A stretch of 64,000 nt of DNA from Syncephalis fuscata S228 (lineage: Eukaryota > Fungi > Zoopagomycota): positions 124,001-188,000 of the forward strand of contig JAHLTZ010000015.1 in assembly GCA_025786725.1 (NCBI GenBank), in the 5' to 3' direction. The first letter of the stretch is position 1, and every line of letters starts with the position of its first letter. The notes below the pieces were generated by a model. The model was not told where the DNA came from. It did not search any database and worked only from the letters and a program-made list of their open reading frames with translations. This document shows, in pieces, positions 14,100 through 29,484 of the stretch. The translations under genes were made by a program, and so were the position numbers.

Positions 14100-16754
14100 A
14101 TGGCCGCCACCTTTGCGAGTATGCTTAAAGTAAGTAGAGATATATAGAATAGAGAATAGTTATACTAATAAAACGGATATTAGGGACCGACACCAACAAC
14201 GGCTCCATCAATAACAACGGCAACAACACAACAACAGCAGCAGCAGCCATTCCAGCAGTGGTATCAGATACACGAAGAAATGATGATAAGGACCATCCAT
14301 CTAATGTTACGGCAACTACAACAACACCAACAGTTGTAAAACAATCTATTCAATTTGGCAATATTGGCCATAAAGAAGTAGCCCGCGTAGTTGGATTACT
14401 TGGCAGAAAGCAACAGGTAGATATATATATATATTATATGAATATATACAAACTATAATTATCTTTATTAGTTACCATGGGTGTCTTCTCTACCAAAACC
14501 TGGTCAATTTCAAAGATGGAATGGTCCAGTTAAAAAGTCAACTGATGAACAGACTCAGAATACCGCAGCAGTGTCAGTATCGGGACAATTAACTGAACCA
14601 ACACCATCTGCACCAAGTGCACCAAAAACATGGGCCCAATTAACGAAACAGAACATAAAGCCATCTGCTACACCCATTATAAATACTACACTACTACTGC
14701 TACTACTACTACACCTGCAACAGCTGTCAACGGAACAGAAAAACCTGCTACTACTAATGGTGCACACTCTAATCAGCCAGAAATGAAACTAGCGCCATTG
14801 ACTACAATTTCAGATCATATGAATGGTGCTAATAAGCCATTTGCTTCATTGCCACGTAAGTGTTACAGTAATGAATCCAATGAATTGTATATTAATTGTA
14901 AATATAGGCTTATTACAAGACTATACATTATCATTCCATGTACCATTGATACAGCCGCGTGGTATGCTTAATAGCAACAATACGTGCTATATGAACGCCA
15001 TTCTACAGCCATTGGCCCATTGTCCACCATTCTACAACTTGTTTAACACTATTGGTCAGCGGGTAGCCTTTTCGTTCAATAGCGAAACACCTTTAATTGA
15101 ATCTATGTAGGTGGCCAGTGTTAGTATCGGCAACAGTATTATTAATACATAGTCAATTAGGGTCATGTTTGTTAAAGAATTCCAAGAATTAGATGCTATT
15201 AAAGGTAGGCTATAGTTAGATTAGTAGTAATTAATTGCAGTAGTTAATAGAGTATATATTAATAACAATATAGAACTTGATCCATTTGCACCCGAATATG
15301 TCTATGAAACTTTAAGAAAGTTGAAAAAGTTTGATTCTTTACGAGGTCGTCAAGAAGATGCCGATGAATTCCTTGGTTCATTGCTTGATACACTTCATGA
15401 AGAGTTTGATCAAGGTAGTTAGCATCTAATTATAGATTAATAAATACTAATATACACTGTAACTAAATAGCGAGACGTAAATATCAAGAAGCTCAGGAAA
15501 TAGAAAACAAAGGATTGTTAAAAGAAACGGAAGAAAGCGATATAGGAGAATTGAATGGCGGTGCAGCTTGGTTAGAAGTGGGCAAAAAACAAAAGACATG
15601 CCAAACACGTACGGTAATTAAGCAATAATCATTTAATATAATTACAATAGTTATTAACATTTGATATTAATATTTATTAGATGGATATCAATGAATCGCC
15701 TATTAGTCAAATGTTTTGGGGTAAAATACGCTCTGTGGTAAAGAGAACTGGCAGTCGAGACTCGGCCACATAGAGCCTTTCCGTTCTTTACACTTGGACA
15801 TTTCTGTAAGTGTCTGTATTTAACACGTTAAATATTACTAATCGATTTATTAAGTCACCCCATATACACAGTATCGAGGATGCTCTTGTACAATTGACGG
15901 TTATAGAAGAGTTGGATGTAACACCATCTGCTCATTCTTCTGAGGTATTTATTTATATTAACACTATACTATGCTATTTAGCTAACATATACTATTAGGC
16001 AATGGTAATAACTAAACAAAACCAACTGCAAGACTTACCACCTATGCTTGTACTGCATATTAAACGCTTCCACTATGATCCGGAAATGGGCACTCAAAAA
16101 CTACGACGTCGAGTGACCTATGGCTCTCGTTTACAGATTAGATCAGGTATATTAACAATAATTGAATAGTATATATATATAAACATATTACTAATGACAA
16201 TTTATAATATTTAGAAATGGTATCGCCATCCCGTCGTGACAAATTACCCGAGTATTTGTTAGTAGGGGGTAAGTAGAAGCTAGTGGTATCATTAAACAAT
16301 ATACTAATATAGATGATGATAATCAGTGGTATATCATCATGGTATGCATACAGCCGGTGGACATTATACGTGTGATGTACGCCGACAAGATGGTCAATGG
16401 ATTCGAATCAATGACACGGTAATAAAACCGATTGCCGAATCAGAAGTGTGTGTGTCCATCCCTTCCAGTATAGCAGAAGACACGTCGATTGGTACCGGTA
16501 GCAATATGGATTGGAATGGCTGGAGTCATACAACAGAGGGAGATGCCTACCTACTTTTCTATATGGATGCTAGCCTGTACTCTACAACAACAATAACCGC
16601 AACGGCAGCAACAGCAGTAAAAACGGCCAGATTAAATAGCAACAACAGTCATTCGACATTGGCATCGCGGAAACGATCTGTGCAAACAACGCCGACATTG
16701 ACATCCACGACTACTGCTTCATCATCTTCTACACATCAACGCAGCCGTAAATAA
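14100..16754 (+). CDS. Ubiquitin-specific protease, Ubp3/USP10 family
   Basis: Cys box PRGMLNSNNTCYMNAILQ, GRQEDADEFL, His box VYHHG..AGGHY, and a low-complexity N-terminus with KTWAQL. Several apparent indels. Confidence 0.88.
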
Positions 16755-17098
16755 TTAGCGTTATTACTAAAATAATAAAGATTTATATTCAATGGCATCC
16801 AGTGTGTATTTATGCACCATTAGTTAGTTTTTTCTATTATACAAACAATAAACCAACTATTAATACATGTTACATATTATATTGTTAATTAATTAATAAA
16901 GATTAATACAATATACACACAATAATTGAAGCAGCAATGGGAAAGAAATTCATTTTGCAGCATGTGTCATAAATGTGTGTTATGAACGAAGACATATTCA
17001 CTAGATAGAATGAATAGAAAGAAAGACCATTCAGTGTCAAAATGTATTAAAGATAATCAAAAGATACACGCTGACAAAGTTGTAACGCACTGGGTCGT

Positions 17099-18114
17099 TT
17101 AGTTACCCCAGTTAGCACCGCCTTGAGCATTGGACTCAGCGGCCCAGTCACCAGAGTCGTTCCATTCAGTGGTCTCGACGGTCCAGCTACCAGTAACGGT
17201 GACACCGCCAGCATCAGCCATAGCGGCAACAGCTGGGTTGATGGCACCAGCGGCTGTGGCACCTGAAGCTTCCCAGCTGGTGACGGTAGTCTCAGTGACT
17301 TCCCAGGTACCGGCTTCGGCACCTTCGACGGTCATACCGGCCTCAATGGCAGCAGCAGCGGCGCGGCAGCCTCGGCTTCCTTCTCTTGTTCCTCTGGGTC
17401 GCGGTAGAAGAACATATCAACCATAACATCCCATGGCTTGCGACGGTCTTGGCGACCACGGAGGCGCAATACCTCACGAGCCAAAAGCCACCACATCAAA
17501 CCAATAGCGTGACGACCCTTGTTGTTGGTTGGGATGGCCACATCAACGTAGTTCAATGAAGCATCAGTATCGCAAAGAGCAATAACTGGAATGTTGACGT
17601 ACGAAGCTTCCTTGATAGCTTGGTAATCGGTACGTGGGTCGGTAACGATGATCAAACGTGGCTCCTTGAACTGACGAGTGATGTAATTGGTAAAGTTACC
17701 TGGTGTGAAACGGCCAGCAATAGCTTGGCAGCCAGTGTACTTGGCGAACTTTAGGACAGCACGCTGACCGTATGGACGAGCGGAAATGGCAACAACATCA
17801 GCTGGATTTTCAATGGCAGCAATGATACGAGCAGCCAAGACCATCTTCTCCCAGGTCTTACCGACGTTCAAGATGTTGATACCATCAGCACGACGGGTCC
17901 AGATGTATGGCTCCATCTTCTTCTCGCAGTTCTTGGCACCAATGTGGCTTTGAGCAGCCAAAAGGCGCTGGATGTCCTCATCAGAGGCTAGTAGTAACAA
18001 CAATAGTAATAAAAAAGAAATAGCGCGACAAGTTTGTGGTCAATATGGCGAATCATTGAATTTAAACGCGTAAACGCTAAACATACCTTTAAGGGCAGCA
18101 GGCAATCGAGACAT
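17099..18114 (-). CDS. RPS0: 40S ribosomal protein uS2 (S0/SA)
   Basis: [29 protein letters not shown] and [15 protein letters not shown], acidic Trp-containing tail, one intron. Apparent 1-nt deletion near 17373. Confidence 0.97.
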
Positions 18115-19027
18115 GATGTGTCGAAAAAGTTACGGTACGACCGAGAAGACCTTTATCGTAGCGACAATGTCGTCGTAGAATAAAAGAAGAAAGAGAAGGA
18201 AAAAACAAGATATTGTTAGTTAAATTAATATTATAATCATCACTAAATTCATAACAGCCATCATTTATAATATCCATCACTTTTCTACACTTGTTTTAAC
18301 CAATATATACATATACAAATAAAAATCTATATAGATACATAGATACATGGATGGATGGATGGATGGATGTACCATTAAATAGCTGTTACGCGTGGCTACT
18401 TACTTTTAGTCTTTCGTATAAAGTGTCCCAAATGATTGCCGGGAATACGCCGTTGAAATACACTAGGCGGGAAAGGGAGCGATCCACTTTGGGAGGCACG
18501 TTTGCTGTCTCACAAATAAGCACACACACACACACACACACTGATATTAACATGCAATTACAATTACATACATTAATACAATTACCAATATACAATTACA
18601 TTATTTTCATTTGTTTGTAGATTTCAGTATAAATAAACAATCATATATATAAATTATAAACCTTGAAAGCATCTTCATTTAAACTTTACACAAATAGACG
18701 TGATTGCTGTGTATACAATTGAGCAAACGCCTAGAAAGCACGTCAAATAATGGAACGACGTCAACGGCATAGCACACACACGCACATGCACATACGAAAG
18801 AAAGAAACGGTAATCAATGGACGAAAGAATAAGAAGAAATTCAATAGCATGTGTAGGTGCGGAGAAAAAGAAGAGCAAACAAAGGTGTAGCTGTAAAGCT
18901 ACAATTGATTGCTAAAAAGAATAGGATGAAATTAGTAGGATGATGAATATAATAACAACAAATATTGCTATAAATGCTGTCATTGTTTTATATCATCGCT
19001 ATGGCTGCCTTCATTCCAAAAAGGCGA

Positions 19028-19836
19028 TTAATCCCGTGTGCAGTCGTTGGAGATGTGGCCATACTCCTTGCATTTGTAGCATTGTGGGCCTCGGGTGCAG
19101 TCACGGCTGATGTGGTCAGTTCCACCGCATGAGTAGCAGGCACGGTCACCGCCGTTGTTGTTGTTGCGGTAGCCGCGGTTACCACCACGAGGACCACCAC
19201 GGCGGTCACCGTAGTTGCCACCGCTGCTGCCACCTTGTGGGCAGTCGCGGGCCAAGTGAGTAGTTTCACCGCAGTTGTGGCAGGCACGGGGAGTGCGCTT
19301 TGGTGCTTCTGGGCAGTCACGAGAGATGTGGCCGGTTTGTTGGCAGTTGTAGCATGACTTTGGTGCAGCTTCTTGGGTGCAGTCCTTGCTGGTGTGGCCT
19401 GGTTGTTGGCAGTTGTAGCAGAGACGTTCTTGACCCTTTGGGCAGTCACGTGCTTGATGGTCGACTATAGTGTTATAAGAATAATAAAATTAGTATAAAA
19501 TTAATTAAGCAATTACATAAAAAGCTATTAAGTAATAATAATAAAATAGCTTTAAGTAAATCATCACGCCCCATAGAATAGTCCTATACTTACACGCACA
19601 GAACAACAATCATCACAATAACAACAACATAGCAACATTCGAAGCAACCATCAACAATACACTCTCTCACTCTCACGAAGCAACATCAACAGCAACGACG
19701 ACGACAACAACAACAAAACGATAGTAAAGGATGAAATATAGTGTCCATAGGGCGGCTATAGGACTCCATAGGGATCGATCAACTCACACTGGCCACAGTT
19801 GTAACAACCAGCTTTAGGGCGACTGTTGTAAGACAT
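19028..19836 (-). CDS. GIS2: CCHC zinc-knuckle RNA-binding protein (Gis2/Byr3/CNBP)
   Basis: Repeated C-x2-C-x4-H-x4-C knuckles with an RGG linker. Exon 1 MSYNSRPKAGCYNCGQ is joined over intron 19465-19787. Confidence 0.9.
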
Positions 19837-20086
19837 GTTAATTTAAACTTTCAACGACGACAACGACAATAACAACGAGCGGCTAAGCAAGTAGAGAATA
19901 AAACGGACCGTAATCCAAAAGTAACAAAGGAGAAAGAGAAGCAGGAAGAAAAAAGTGAAGAATAGTGGCCTGGGAAAATCATTTAGTTGTTGATTATAAA
20001 CTGCCAAATTAATTCACACACACACACACACACAATGTTTTATAGTGACCATTCTTTACTATTACTGCTATTTATTATGCTTCGAT

Positions 20087-23000
20087 TTAACGACGGGCTT
20101 TTTTACGTTGAGCCGGGCCATTGTCTAAATCTTTACGTTTTCCACGTTTTTCATCATAAGCTTGTGCTTTACGATCCAGTTCGTCCCAGTCATCGCCTGA
20201 CCCTTCAGAGTCATCGAATCCTTCGGAATCATCATCGTCATCTTCAGAGTAGGCGTCTTCAGAATCATTGTCACTATATTCCGTCTATTTATATAATAGT
20301 GAATATAAAGTAATCAATGTTTAATAATAATAATAAAACTTACCGATTGTGATTGATTAGAATCACTCATTTCAAACTCGCTAGCCGACTCTTCTGATGA
20401 TTGTTGCTCATCCTATATTATATTATTATTATTAGTTTTGTTTATTAATATATATCGTATATATACATATACATATACATATAATACTTACATCACTCTT
20501 CTCTCGTAGGAAAGACCAGCCACCTTCTTCGAAAAAGGCGGCTGGATCAGCATTAATTGTCTTCATAATAGCAGTCCAGTTCAAGTTGACCGGTCCTTCT
20601 GTGAATGATACATCGACCGAACTGATATAATATATAGTTGGTTAGAAATAAACGATGCAATGTTGATATAATAAACACTATTTTACTTACTCTAACCATT
20701 CCTTGACGTTATCAAGTTGTGTCATAGGAATTGTATTGACATGAACTGGTGTTCGCTTGAAATCCTTAAATACGAAAACCATATCAAAGTTTTTTAATCC
20801 AAACTATATACAAATATGTACAGTTATATAATTTGTTATTAATATAACCTTTTAACAAGTAAATAACTTACTTGTACACGTTCTAAATGTGCAATTTCAA
20901 TATCGGCAATGGTTACGACTAAAAAGGGCGGATCACTTAGATAGACGAGACAATCGGTCGTCGGTTGAAGTAATACGTTTGAACGATGTGGTACACCAAA
21001 GAAGCCAAGATCACGGAAAGGAACATCCACAGCCACTCGAGGATGACTCTATATAATATACGTATTAGTTGAATACTATTTATAATAGTAAGTTATCAAT
21101 ACTTGCCATATCAGCAATACGATCGGCAAATTGTTTAAATTCCTTGTTTAAAAACATACGACGACGACGTTCATCTTGTTCGGCAGCTAATTCATCTTCA
21201 TCGCCATAATGTTGACGACGACGACGATTGCCCGTTTCATCAAATTGATTATCTGAAGCTTCACGATAGAATTGTATATCCTGTAATATATATATATATA
21301 TATATGATTAAGTATTTAATTAGTTAATTAACCAATTACTAATTAATTACCTTTGTCTTCTTCTTGCCCATCATAACTGGATGATGAAGGTGTACATGAA
21401 GAATGACTACAAGTTCATTATCACATGGCTGGAAGAATAAATGTTTAATATTACTAAATAGTAAATCTAATTATAATAAAATGAATTAATAACAACTATT
21501 AATGTCTATAATTAACTAATTACCAACACGCTGATCAGCTCGGAGTGGCGATTGATAACGAAGACCATTTTGATGAATTTGTAATTCTCCTGGTACACGT
21601 TTACCTTCCATGGATGGACGGATAAATACGAGAGGCAATCGGATACGTGGCCCTAATAGATTAGTAGTATTAGTGTTTTTGCAATATACATATATATATT
21701 CAATATCTGTTACTTACCAGCTATTTCTACTAGACGGCCTTGAGATACAATATCTTCCATTTCCTTGGTCTCTGCATCGCTATTTAATCATATTAGCCCT
21801 ATAATGGTATTAATACTATACTGGTGGGTCACTTACCGTTTAGTAAGATCTTTCTTTAGATCAGTGATATCCTTGTATAGTTGCAAGAATCGATTTGTAT
21901 CTGGACTACGATAGAGTAGAGCACGTACAAATGTGGCATTTAGATCTTCAAATGGCTGTTATAGCATAACAGTAATCAGTACACTTCTGTCAATGATAGT
22001 CTATTATTACACGTACTTGATCGTCTTTCTTGCTGCCTGGTTGGCCTGGAGTAACAAAATTGAAGCGTAATAAAACATAATCACCTTCCTCGCTTTTACT
22101 GATATTCTTGATTGTTGATAAATGGAATGGAACGGCCAATCCATAAACGGGCAGAATAACTGTAAAGGCACGTCGATCCACAACAATCTTACAATTGTCA
22201 AGTCCTTTAGGCAGCGATTCAACACGACGATAACTTTCAAACTTTTTCAATACAGGTTTGGCCGAATTTTGATCGGCATTTTGACTATCGGCAAATCGAT
22301 CAATACCTTCACGTTGACGGCGTTCGGCAAGTTCACGTTGATGCATTTGACGCTTTTGTTCCGTAGACTCTTCATCCTATATAGACGTATATATGATAAA
22401 TATCTGTATAAAATATTTATACAACTTGTTCTAACCTGTGCTTCACTGCGGAATTTCGTCTTTAATACAGCGGTACTTGTAGGACGTGTTGGTGCTGATC
22501 GGCGCTGTTCATTCTCAGCATCTTTACCTTCTTCTTCCTCGTCCTATAATTAAATAATATTATTAAATTATTAAATAAAATACGATTAATCCCGTTTAAC
22601 TTACTTTGAAAAAGTAAGATATGTCATTTGCTGCTTTACTGCACTCGGTCAATATCTGCGGTGTATCTTCAGTTACTAGAACTGTATCGCTCAACTGCAG
22701 CGCATAACTAAATGACATAATTAATATTCTATCAGTAATTAAGCTATTAAACTCAATTGCTATTACTTACGTAGCAGCTTTTGTATCAGATGAATTTGGT
22801 ATTTCTAGATTTTGTAAACCAACTGATAAATTAATAACCATGCCTGGTTCAATTTTACGCGTATTTTTGGCATTAATAACATAAAGTGATTCGCGGAATT
22901 CAATGCCCATCTATAAACAAATACATTAGTAGTCAAATAGTAATAGCGCTCATTAAACATTAATACTTACGCCAAATCCACAATTTTTTACAAAATGCTT

Positions 23001-24455
23001 TTCAAGATCGGGCCGTTTCGCACGTATTATACCCATAGCCTTATTGTAGATTTCATTTAATGGTGTGCCTTTACGTAAAGCATCAATTAGTTTGGATTGT
23101 AAATCTAGTAAAAATGAATAATTCTTTTCTTGGGACTATAAACATCAAGTGTAATATTTCAATTAGTTTAAATGTCACAATACCGACAATAACCATGACA
23201 AACTACCTTTTGTGGATCAATCAAATAAGTACGACCAATATTGGCACAGTAAGACTTGTAGCGCACACCAAGTGAACAAAGAATAGTGCCCGCGTGTAGC
23301 TTTTGTTCATCTGATATAGCCGATGAACGTAAATCAAACTTGCCACCACTTTGAACAATAGGCGAATAACACCAATCAACTGTATCAGCATCAGCATCGG
23401 CCGGGAATCGAATAGAGGCATGCTTCTTGTCATCTAACAGTGTATTTTCAATCATTTCAGACAACTTGTCGTGCGTAATTGACTTTTCTTCATCAACCAA
23501 TGCCGACATTTCTTTAACAAAATAGTGCTTCATCATATTAGATGATAACTTGGCAGCTGTTCGAGTATTCCTCTATTCGTACAATACAATTAGTTTGTGT
23601 GTTATTTGTAACTATAATGACGATATTAGTTAGATAACTTACTAATTCTTCATCATCTTTGACCGCAAATAGCTGGGCCATTGAAGTAGTAATATCAACT
23701 GTTTCACCTTTAATATCTGATGCCTTTAAAGCAGATTCCCATTCATTGATCAAACTACCACTAAATTGATCTTTGGGTAAAACACCCATACGATGCTATT
23801 ATTAAATAATTAATAATTAATTAAATAGTTAGTTAATATTATATTACATCATTAATATTATATTTAATTAATTACCTCGCCACAGCCACGAATAGTATCA
23901 ATAATTGTGGTCCATACTTTTGCATTTTCTTCAGCATTTTTTGTTCGTTTATGGACTTCCAATAAATCGTGTTTATCAGATTGCTTCAATTCTTCTAATA
24001 TTGCAGCTATTTGTATAAAAAGTATGGTTAAAATGATGGTTTAAGCGATATATAATCTATTATACCTTTACTAGCACTCGTTACGGCGTGTAGCTTCTTT
24101 TTAGTAAATAAAAGTAGCGTATTTGGAAATTCGTAACCAAATAGCCATGTCTATAAAATTATAAATAAATAAATTATTTGCCATTACATAACATATATAT
24201 ATATATATATAATATAGATACTTACTTGTAATGCCGTTGATTTACGGTAGAGGATCTCTTCTTCAATAGCACCCACAACAATCAATAGGCAGTCGGCATT
24301 TTCAAATAAATGCTGCGTAGGATCGTCCGACTAGTATATATATGAGTATTGCTATAAACTAGACTAGACCGGTACAAACAACTTACTTTCCACCGAGTCA
24401 ACAACTGGCGTAATCGACGTCCAAAAGCCCGTGTGTCCAGTTGAATCTTTGACAT
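20087..24455 (-). CDS. SPT16: FACT complex subunit Spt16
   Basis: [49 protein letters not shown], and an acidic C-terminus. Confidence 0.96.
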
Positions 24456-24866
24456 GATCACAACACCGTCTGATCACCACTATATTCAAACTTAAACTAA
24501 GCTATCTTAAAATAACGAGAAAGTCGTTTGGATCTCTTGACTAAAAAAAAGAAAGAAACCGTCTAATGCGCGCCCTTTTACAACGCGTCTCATAACCTTG
24601 TAATAATTAACACACACACACACACAATTACAATTTGATATGATTTGTGTGGTAATGTTTTCACTTTACTAATCATCATCCTAATAATCATAATCATCAT
24701 GATGATGACGCATAATCACCACCACACACACACACTTCTTATTAACTGAACAATCTTTATTGTCTACTACTACTACTACTTATATTCTCTTTTTCATCAA
24801 AGCCATTGTTATCATCATCCATAGTCGTCATCGTTTTATCGTAGCTTATTATTAGTAACTCGAAAT

Positions 24867-26090
24867 ATGCCGGCCACACAAGGTACTGTTCCTGAAAAGA
24901 TTGTAGTTCATCCTGTCGTGTTATTGTCGGCGGTTGACCACTACAATCGAGTGGCTAGCAATACGAAGAAACGAGTTGTAGGCGTTCTACTTGGTCAATG
25001 GCAAGGCAAGACAGTCAATGTTTGCAACAGTTTTGCCGGTAAGTATATTGGCTAGCCTATTTGTATACGATCGTTGTATTAATGCACTGTACTCGCGCCT
25101 CTTTAGTACCGTTCGAGGAGAACGAACGCGATCCTTCCGTTTGGTTCCTCGACCACGACTATGTCGAATCTATGATGACAATGTTTAAAAAAGTTAATGG
25201 TGGGCTATATGCTGCTTAATCTGTATCCATTTGTTAATTATTGTTTAATATATTATATTATACTATGCTACACTATAATATGATATGATATAAATAGCGA
25301 AAGAAGTAATGATCGGTTGGTATCATAGCGGACCTAAATTACGCGGAGCTGATCTTGCTATCAATGAGCTGTTCAAACGCTATATGCCCAGTCCAGTTCT
25401 GGTGGTTATTGATGTACAGCCATCAACAGTTGGTCTACCTACCGATGCTTATTATGCAGTAGAGGAAATCCACGATGTAAGCTATTTAGTAATAGCATAT
25501 AGGTTAATGTTAATGTGTTTATTAATTAGGATGGCACGGCTACAACCCGTACATTTTTGCATATTCCTTCGTCCATTGAAGCCGAAGAAGCCGAAGAGAT
25601 TGGTGTTGAGCATTTATTGCGTGATATTAAAGATGACACGGCCGTCTCTACACTATCAACTCGATTGACCAATCAACTAGATTCCCTTCGAGGATTACGT
25701 GAACGTATTGTGCTTATTCGTGACTATTTGGCCAAGGTGGTTACAGGCAGTCTACCGGTTAACCACCAGATTCTATGCAATCTACAAGATATCTTTAACT
25801 TGTTGCCTGATGTATCTGATCCTGAAACGGTCAAGGCATTCTCGGTCCAGACAAACGATCAGTTATTGGTTATTTATCTTGCTTCGTTGGTACGCGCTGT
25901 CGTCGCACTCCATAACTTGATTGATAACAAGCTGGCCAACCGCGATGCTGAACGGGCTGAACAAGAAGTTGTACAGACCAGTAACGCGGAAACGACCGAT
26001 GACACGCCATCAGCATCGAATAAGGAAAAGGAAAAGGAAAAGTCTGGTGCAACGGAAAAGATAACTAATAATAGTTATCGTTCGTTATGA
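24867..26090 (+). CDS. RPN8: 26S proteasome lid subunit Rpn8/PSMD7
   Basis: [43 protein letters not shown]. Confidence 0.96.
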
Positions 26091-26256
26091 CGGCCATCAT
26101 CACTACCACACTACCACAGTAAATGACATGGATTTCAATGCAAATAAATTCTCTTTAGAAATTGGTCAGATAGTATTTAGAATAGCTTTATATAGATAAA
26201 ATGACATAATTGGGAAAATGAAAGAGATACAACGACGATGTCCTGCAATAATACCA

Positions 26257-28861
26257 CTATACTGGACTAATCGGTGAATGGATCGATCGATCCTGGTTGT
26301 CTTGTGGTGTGTCGGCAGCACGCTCAGCTAAGGCAAATGCTTGGTGGGCAGCTGGACATCGATTCACATTCTGGTCTAGATCGACAGTCCAACAAAGGAA
26401 AGTGGCATCCGATCTAATAGTTGTAGCATAGAATAGTAAATGGTTAATAGTTAATAGTCATATCTGACATGCATAATGATCTAATAGCTTACATGGCGGT
26501 AAGGACACGTGTATAGAAACGAGCAACGAAAAAGTTGATACTACCGCCAATAGTACCAATAAGCGCGGCATGGGGTGTCTTTAATGACTGTGCAGCATAA
26601 GTGTAGGCCACCATACCGGATATGGCAGCAATACAGAAAGAACTTAACATAAGTACAACACGTACAATAGTATCTGAATAGATCAATTAATTAATAAATA
26701 TTTGATAATTATTTGTATTTATATTTACCTGTATCAAAACGGTGCACTAAATTACGTCGAAACATTCGGGTCACTTGTTGTGTTGAGGCTAGAAATCCTA
26801 GACCAGTTAAACCAGCATAAGCCGGTGTATATCCACTAACACTGGCCATAGATCGAATAAGCCAGCGTTGCATGCCATGAACAACTACAACACCGGAATG
26901 TATACGGAATAGCTATAAAGTTGTTAGTTAATTATTTATATGTAATCTATAATAGTAATATTTATAAATAATACTTACTCGTCCAACAATAAAACCAAGC
27001 ACACGAGTGACACGAGTAGCCGTGACAATTAACGCGGCAATTGAAGCAGTGCCCAGTTGTTTTGTAGCTACTACAGCTAGTGCTGGTGCTGCACGTCCAC
27101 CATACACCGGCCATTCTCTCTAAATACATAAATACATAAATAAGTAAATACATAAATACGTAATAGTGCTTATTACTTACCGTAAGAAATACCATTGAGA
27201 AACGACATTGGCTGTTGTAATTCTATTCAGTTGTTATCATTTAAAATTAAATATAAATATATCTATTTAAACTTACCGTTGTATATCGTTTAGTATATTT
27301 GTCGTCCAGAAAAACATAACAACATAGAAGAAAGATAGCCAGCCAGTACTAGAATCGGGTACCCATGTTGTAGGATCTAGAGTTATGCTTATTAGATTAT
27401 ATATGATAATTAGTGTAGCAAATACATACCACCACGAGGAGATGGAACAATCCCACCTAGAAGCATCACTCGATTGAAGAAAACAAGCCATAATGCAGTG
27501 AAGGCGACATAAAGACCGTTGAGAAAAGCACCAACCGCCAACAAGTCTGGATTGGCCTTTAAAATATCAAGTGATAACTAGAGTACACAGTAACGACATT
27601 AATATATACATATCAACTAATGAACCAATCAATCAATCAGCCAATAGCTTACCTCAATAATAGTAATTGATTGTTGAAGACGATACCAACGCCGTTTTAT
27701 GTAAAAACCAAATCCACCAGCAGTAAATAACGATACAATCGATAATACAATCATACTATCATTGTTTATAGATTACAATTAATATAAAGACTTTTATTGT
27801 AATAATTACTTACCCCGCACTCGGTGGCTCTTTAATCATGGCCGGACCCACAAATGCCTCAGTCATCATCCATATAAATACACCCACAGCAATTAGTGGT
27901 ATTAATATAACATGAATTCGCACCAATATCTAATTCAGTATTAATAAATATGTTATAATAAATGGATTATTACTTACGCGAACATAATTTCGTAGTAAAA
28001 ATATCCAAATGGCCCCCACACCACACAAAGCAACAAGCATTGTGCCAAGTAATCCTATAATAAATGTTAATTAGTTATACATTTAATACACTTTTATGCC
28101 ATTTACCAAGTGATTCTTTAAGAGCCATATAAGTACTACGTGATAAAAATCGACCCAACGAAGAAGACTAGCATAATAGTAGTGATTAATTCGTTTTCAT
28201 CTATTAATATTAATAAATATACATACACTTGTGTTTACTAATAATATAAGACCAGTAATAAAGAATCCTGCAAGCGATAATAGATACAATGCAGCAAATA
28301 CACGATCCCGATATTTACGTGGTAGATCGGCCGGTGTATTACCCGGACGTGTAGCTGAAGCAAGCTATAACTACAATTACAATCACAATACCATAATAGT
28401 TTATTAAACTTACATCGGTTGATTTACCAGTACTCTTATTAATTAAGCGATCAGTCATTGAGTGACTTTCACTTAGTAGATCAACACTTGATGGATCTTC
28501 AGCATAAATATCAGATCCGCCCTATATATATATATATATATATATAATATATGATTAATTTATATAATTACAAACTATAGTACCAATTACTAACCTGCCA
28601 TGCTCGTGTAGGATTATTATGATTCTGATTGTTAGATGAACGCGATCGTCCTGGAGATGGTACATGTAATTGCTGTCGATCTTTTGGGTCTAAATTTGTG
28701 CTAAATGCCACTGAACGGAATGAGGCCTGCATACTATGTTCACTACTTAGTGGCGATAATGTGTCAGAACGAGCAAGCGGTGACCTTGAATGGACACGTA
28801 GTGTGGCTGCACTCTGTATAATATCATTATTACCACTGCCATGACTTATATGATGGCTATT

Positions 28862-28893
<32 letters not shown>

Positions 28894-29134
28894 TATGAGT
28901 ATTTATGGTAGTGGCTGTTGTAGTCATTGGTATGGGGGTGCCAAGATGTGATCGCTGACCAAGATGATTTAACGGCGACGGCGATGGCGAACGTCGACCA
29001 ATACCTGTATCATGCATCGAGTAGAAGATAGATGGTGCGTCAAAGTACTCTGTTGGTTGCGAGGCGAGTAAGCCTTCTCGTTGCTGCACATCACGAGCAC
29101 TCTGGCCTCCATCGCCTGCATCTGGGTCCATCAT
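26257..29134 (-). CDS. Choline transporter-like (CTL/Pns1 family) membrane protein
   Basis: Low-complexity N-terminus, RKYRDRVFAALYL, many TM exons, YTPAYAGLTGLGF, SDATFLCWTVD. Confidence 0.8.
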
Positions 29135-29484
29135 CGTGACAGAAAAGTATTGACAAACTTATGCTATATAAAATGGCATACACTACAGAATAAAAGGAGT
29201 GGTATATAGGCAACGCAACGCTAATAACAATAAGTAGTAGACAAGGAATGAAACGAGATGAATTTAAAAAGCAATAAAGGAGGACGAGTGTACGCGCATA
29301 GAACTGCTTACTCACATTGACGACAACATGTGGCAGTCACCACCATTTTCATTATAATGACTACAACACGTGACTCATTATCAATCCGTGTTATTATTGC
29401 TGCGAGTATTATGACTACCATATGGCTCTCCTTACTCTTTTACTAATACGTATAACATAGTGCATAGTACATAGTACATATAAC

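Noticed and set aside
17332-17380. Programmed frameshift in RPS0
   Set aside because: No slippery site, and the same 1-nt-deletion pattern occurs in many unrelated genes.
17130-19449. Antisense or alternative-frame ORFs over RPS0 and GIS2
   Set aside because: Shadows of biased codon usage in highly expressed genes.
24455-24867. Rpn4/PACE element at proteasome gene promoters
   Set aside because: No GGTGGCAAA match seen upstream of RPN8 or RPT1.
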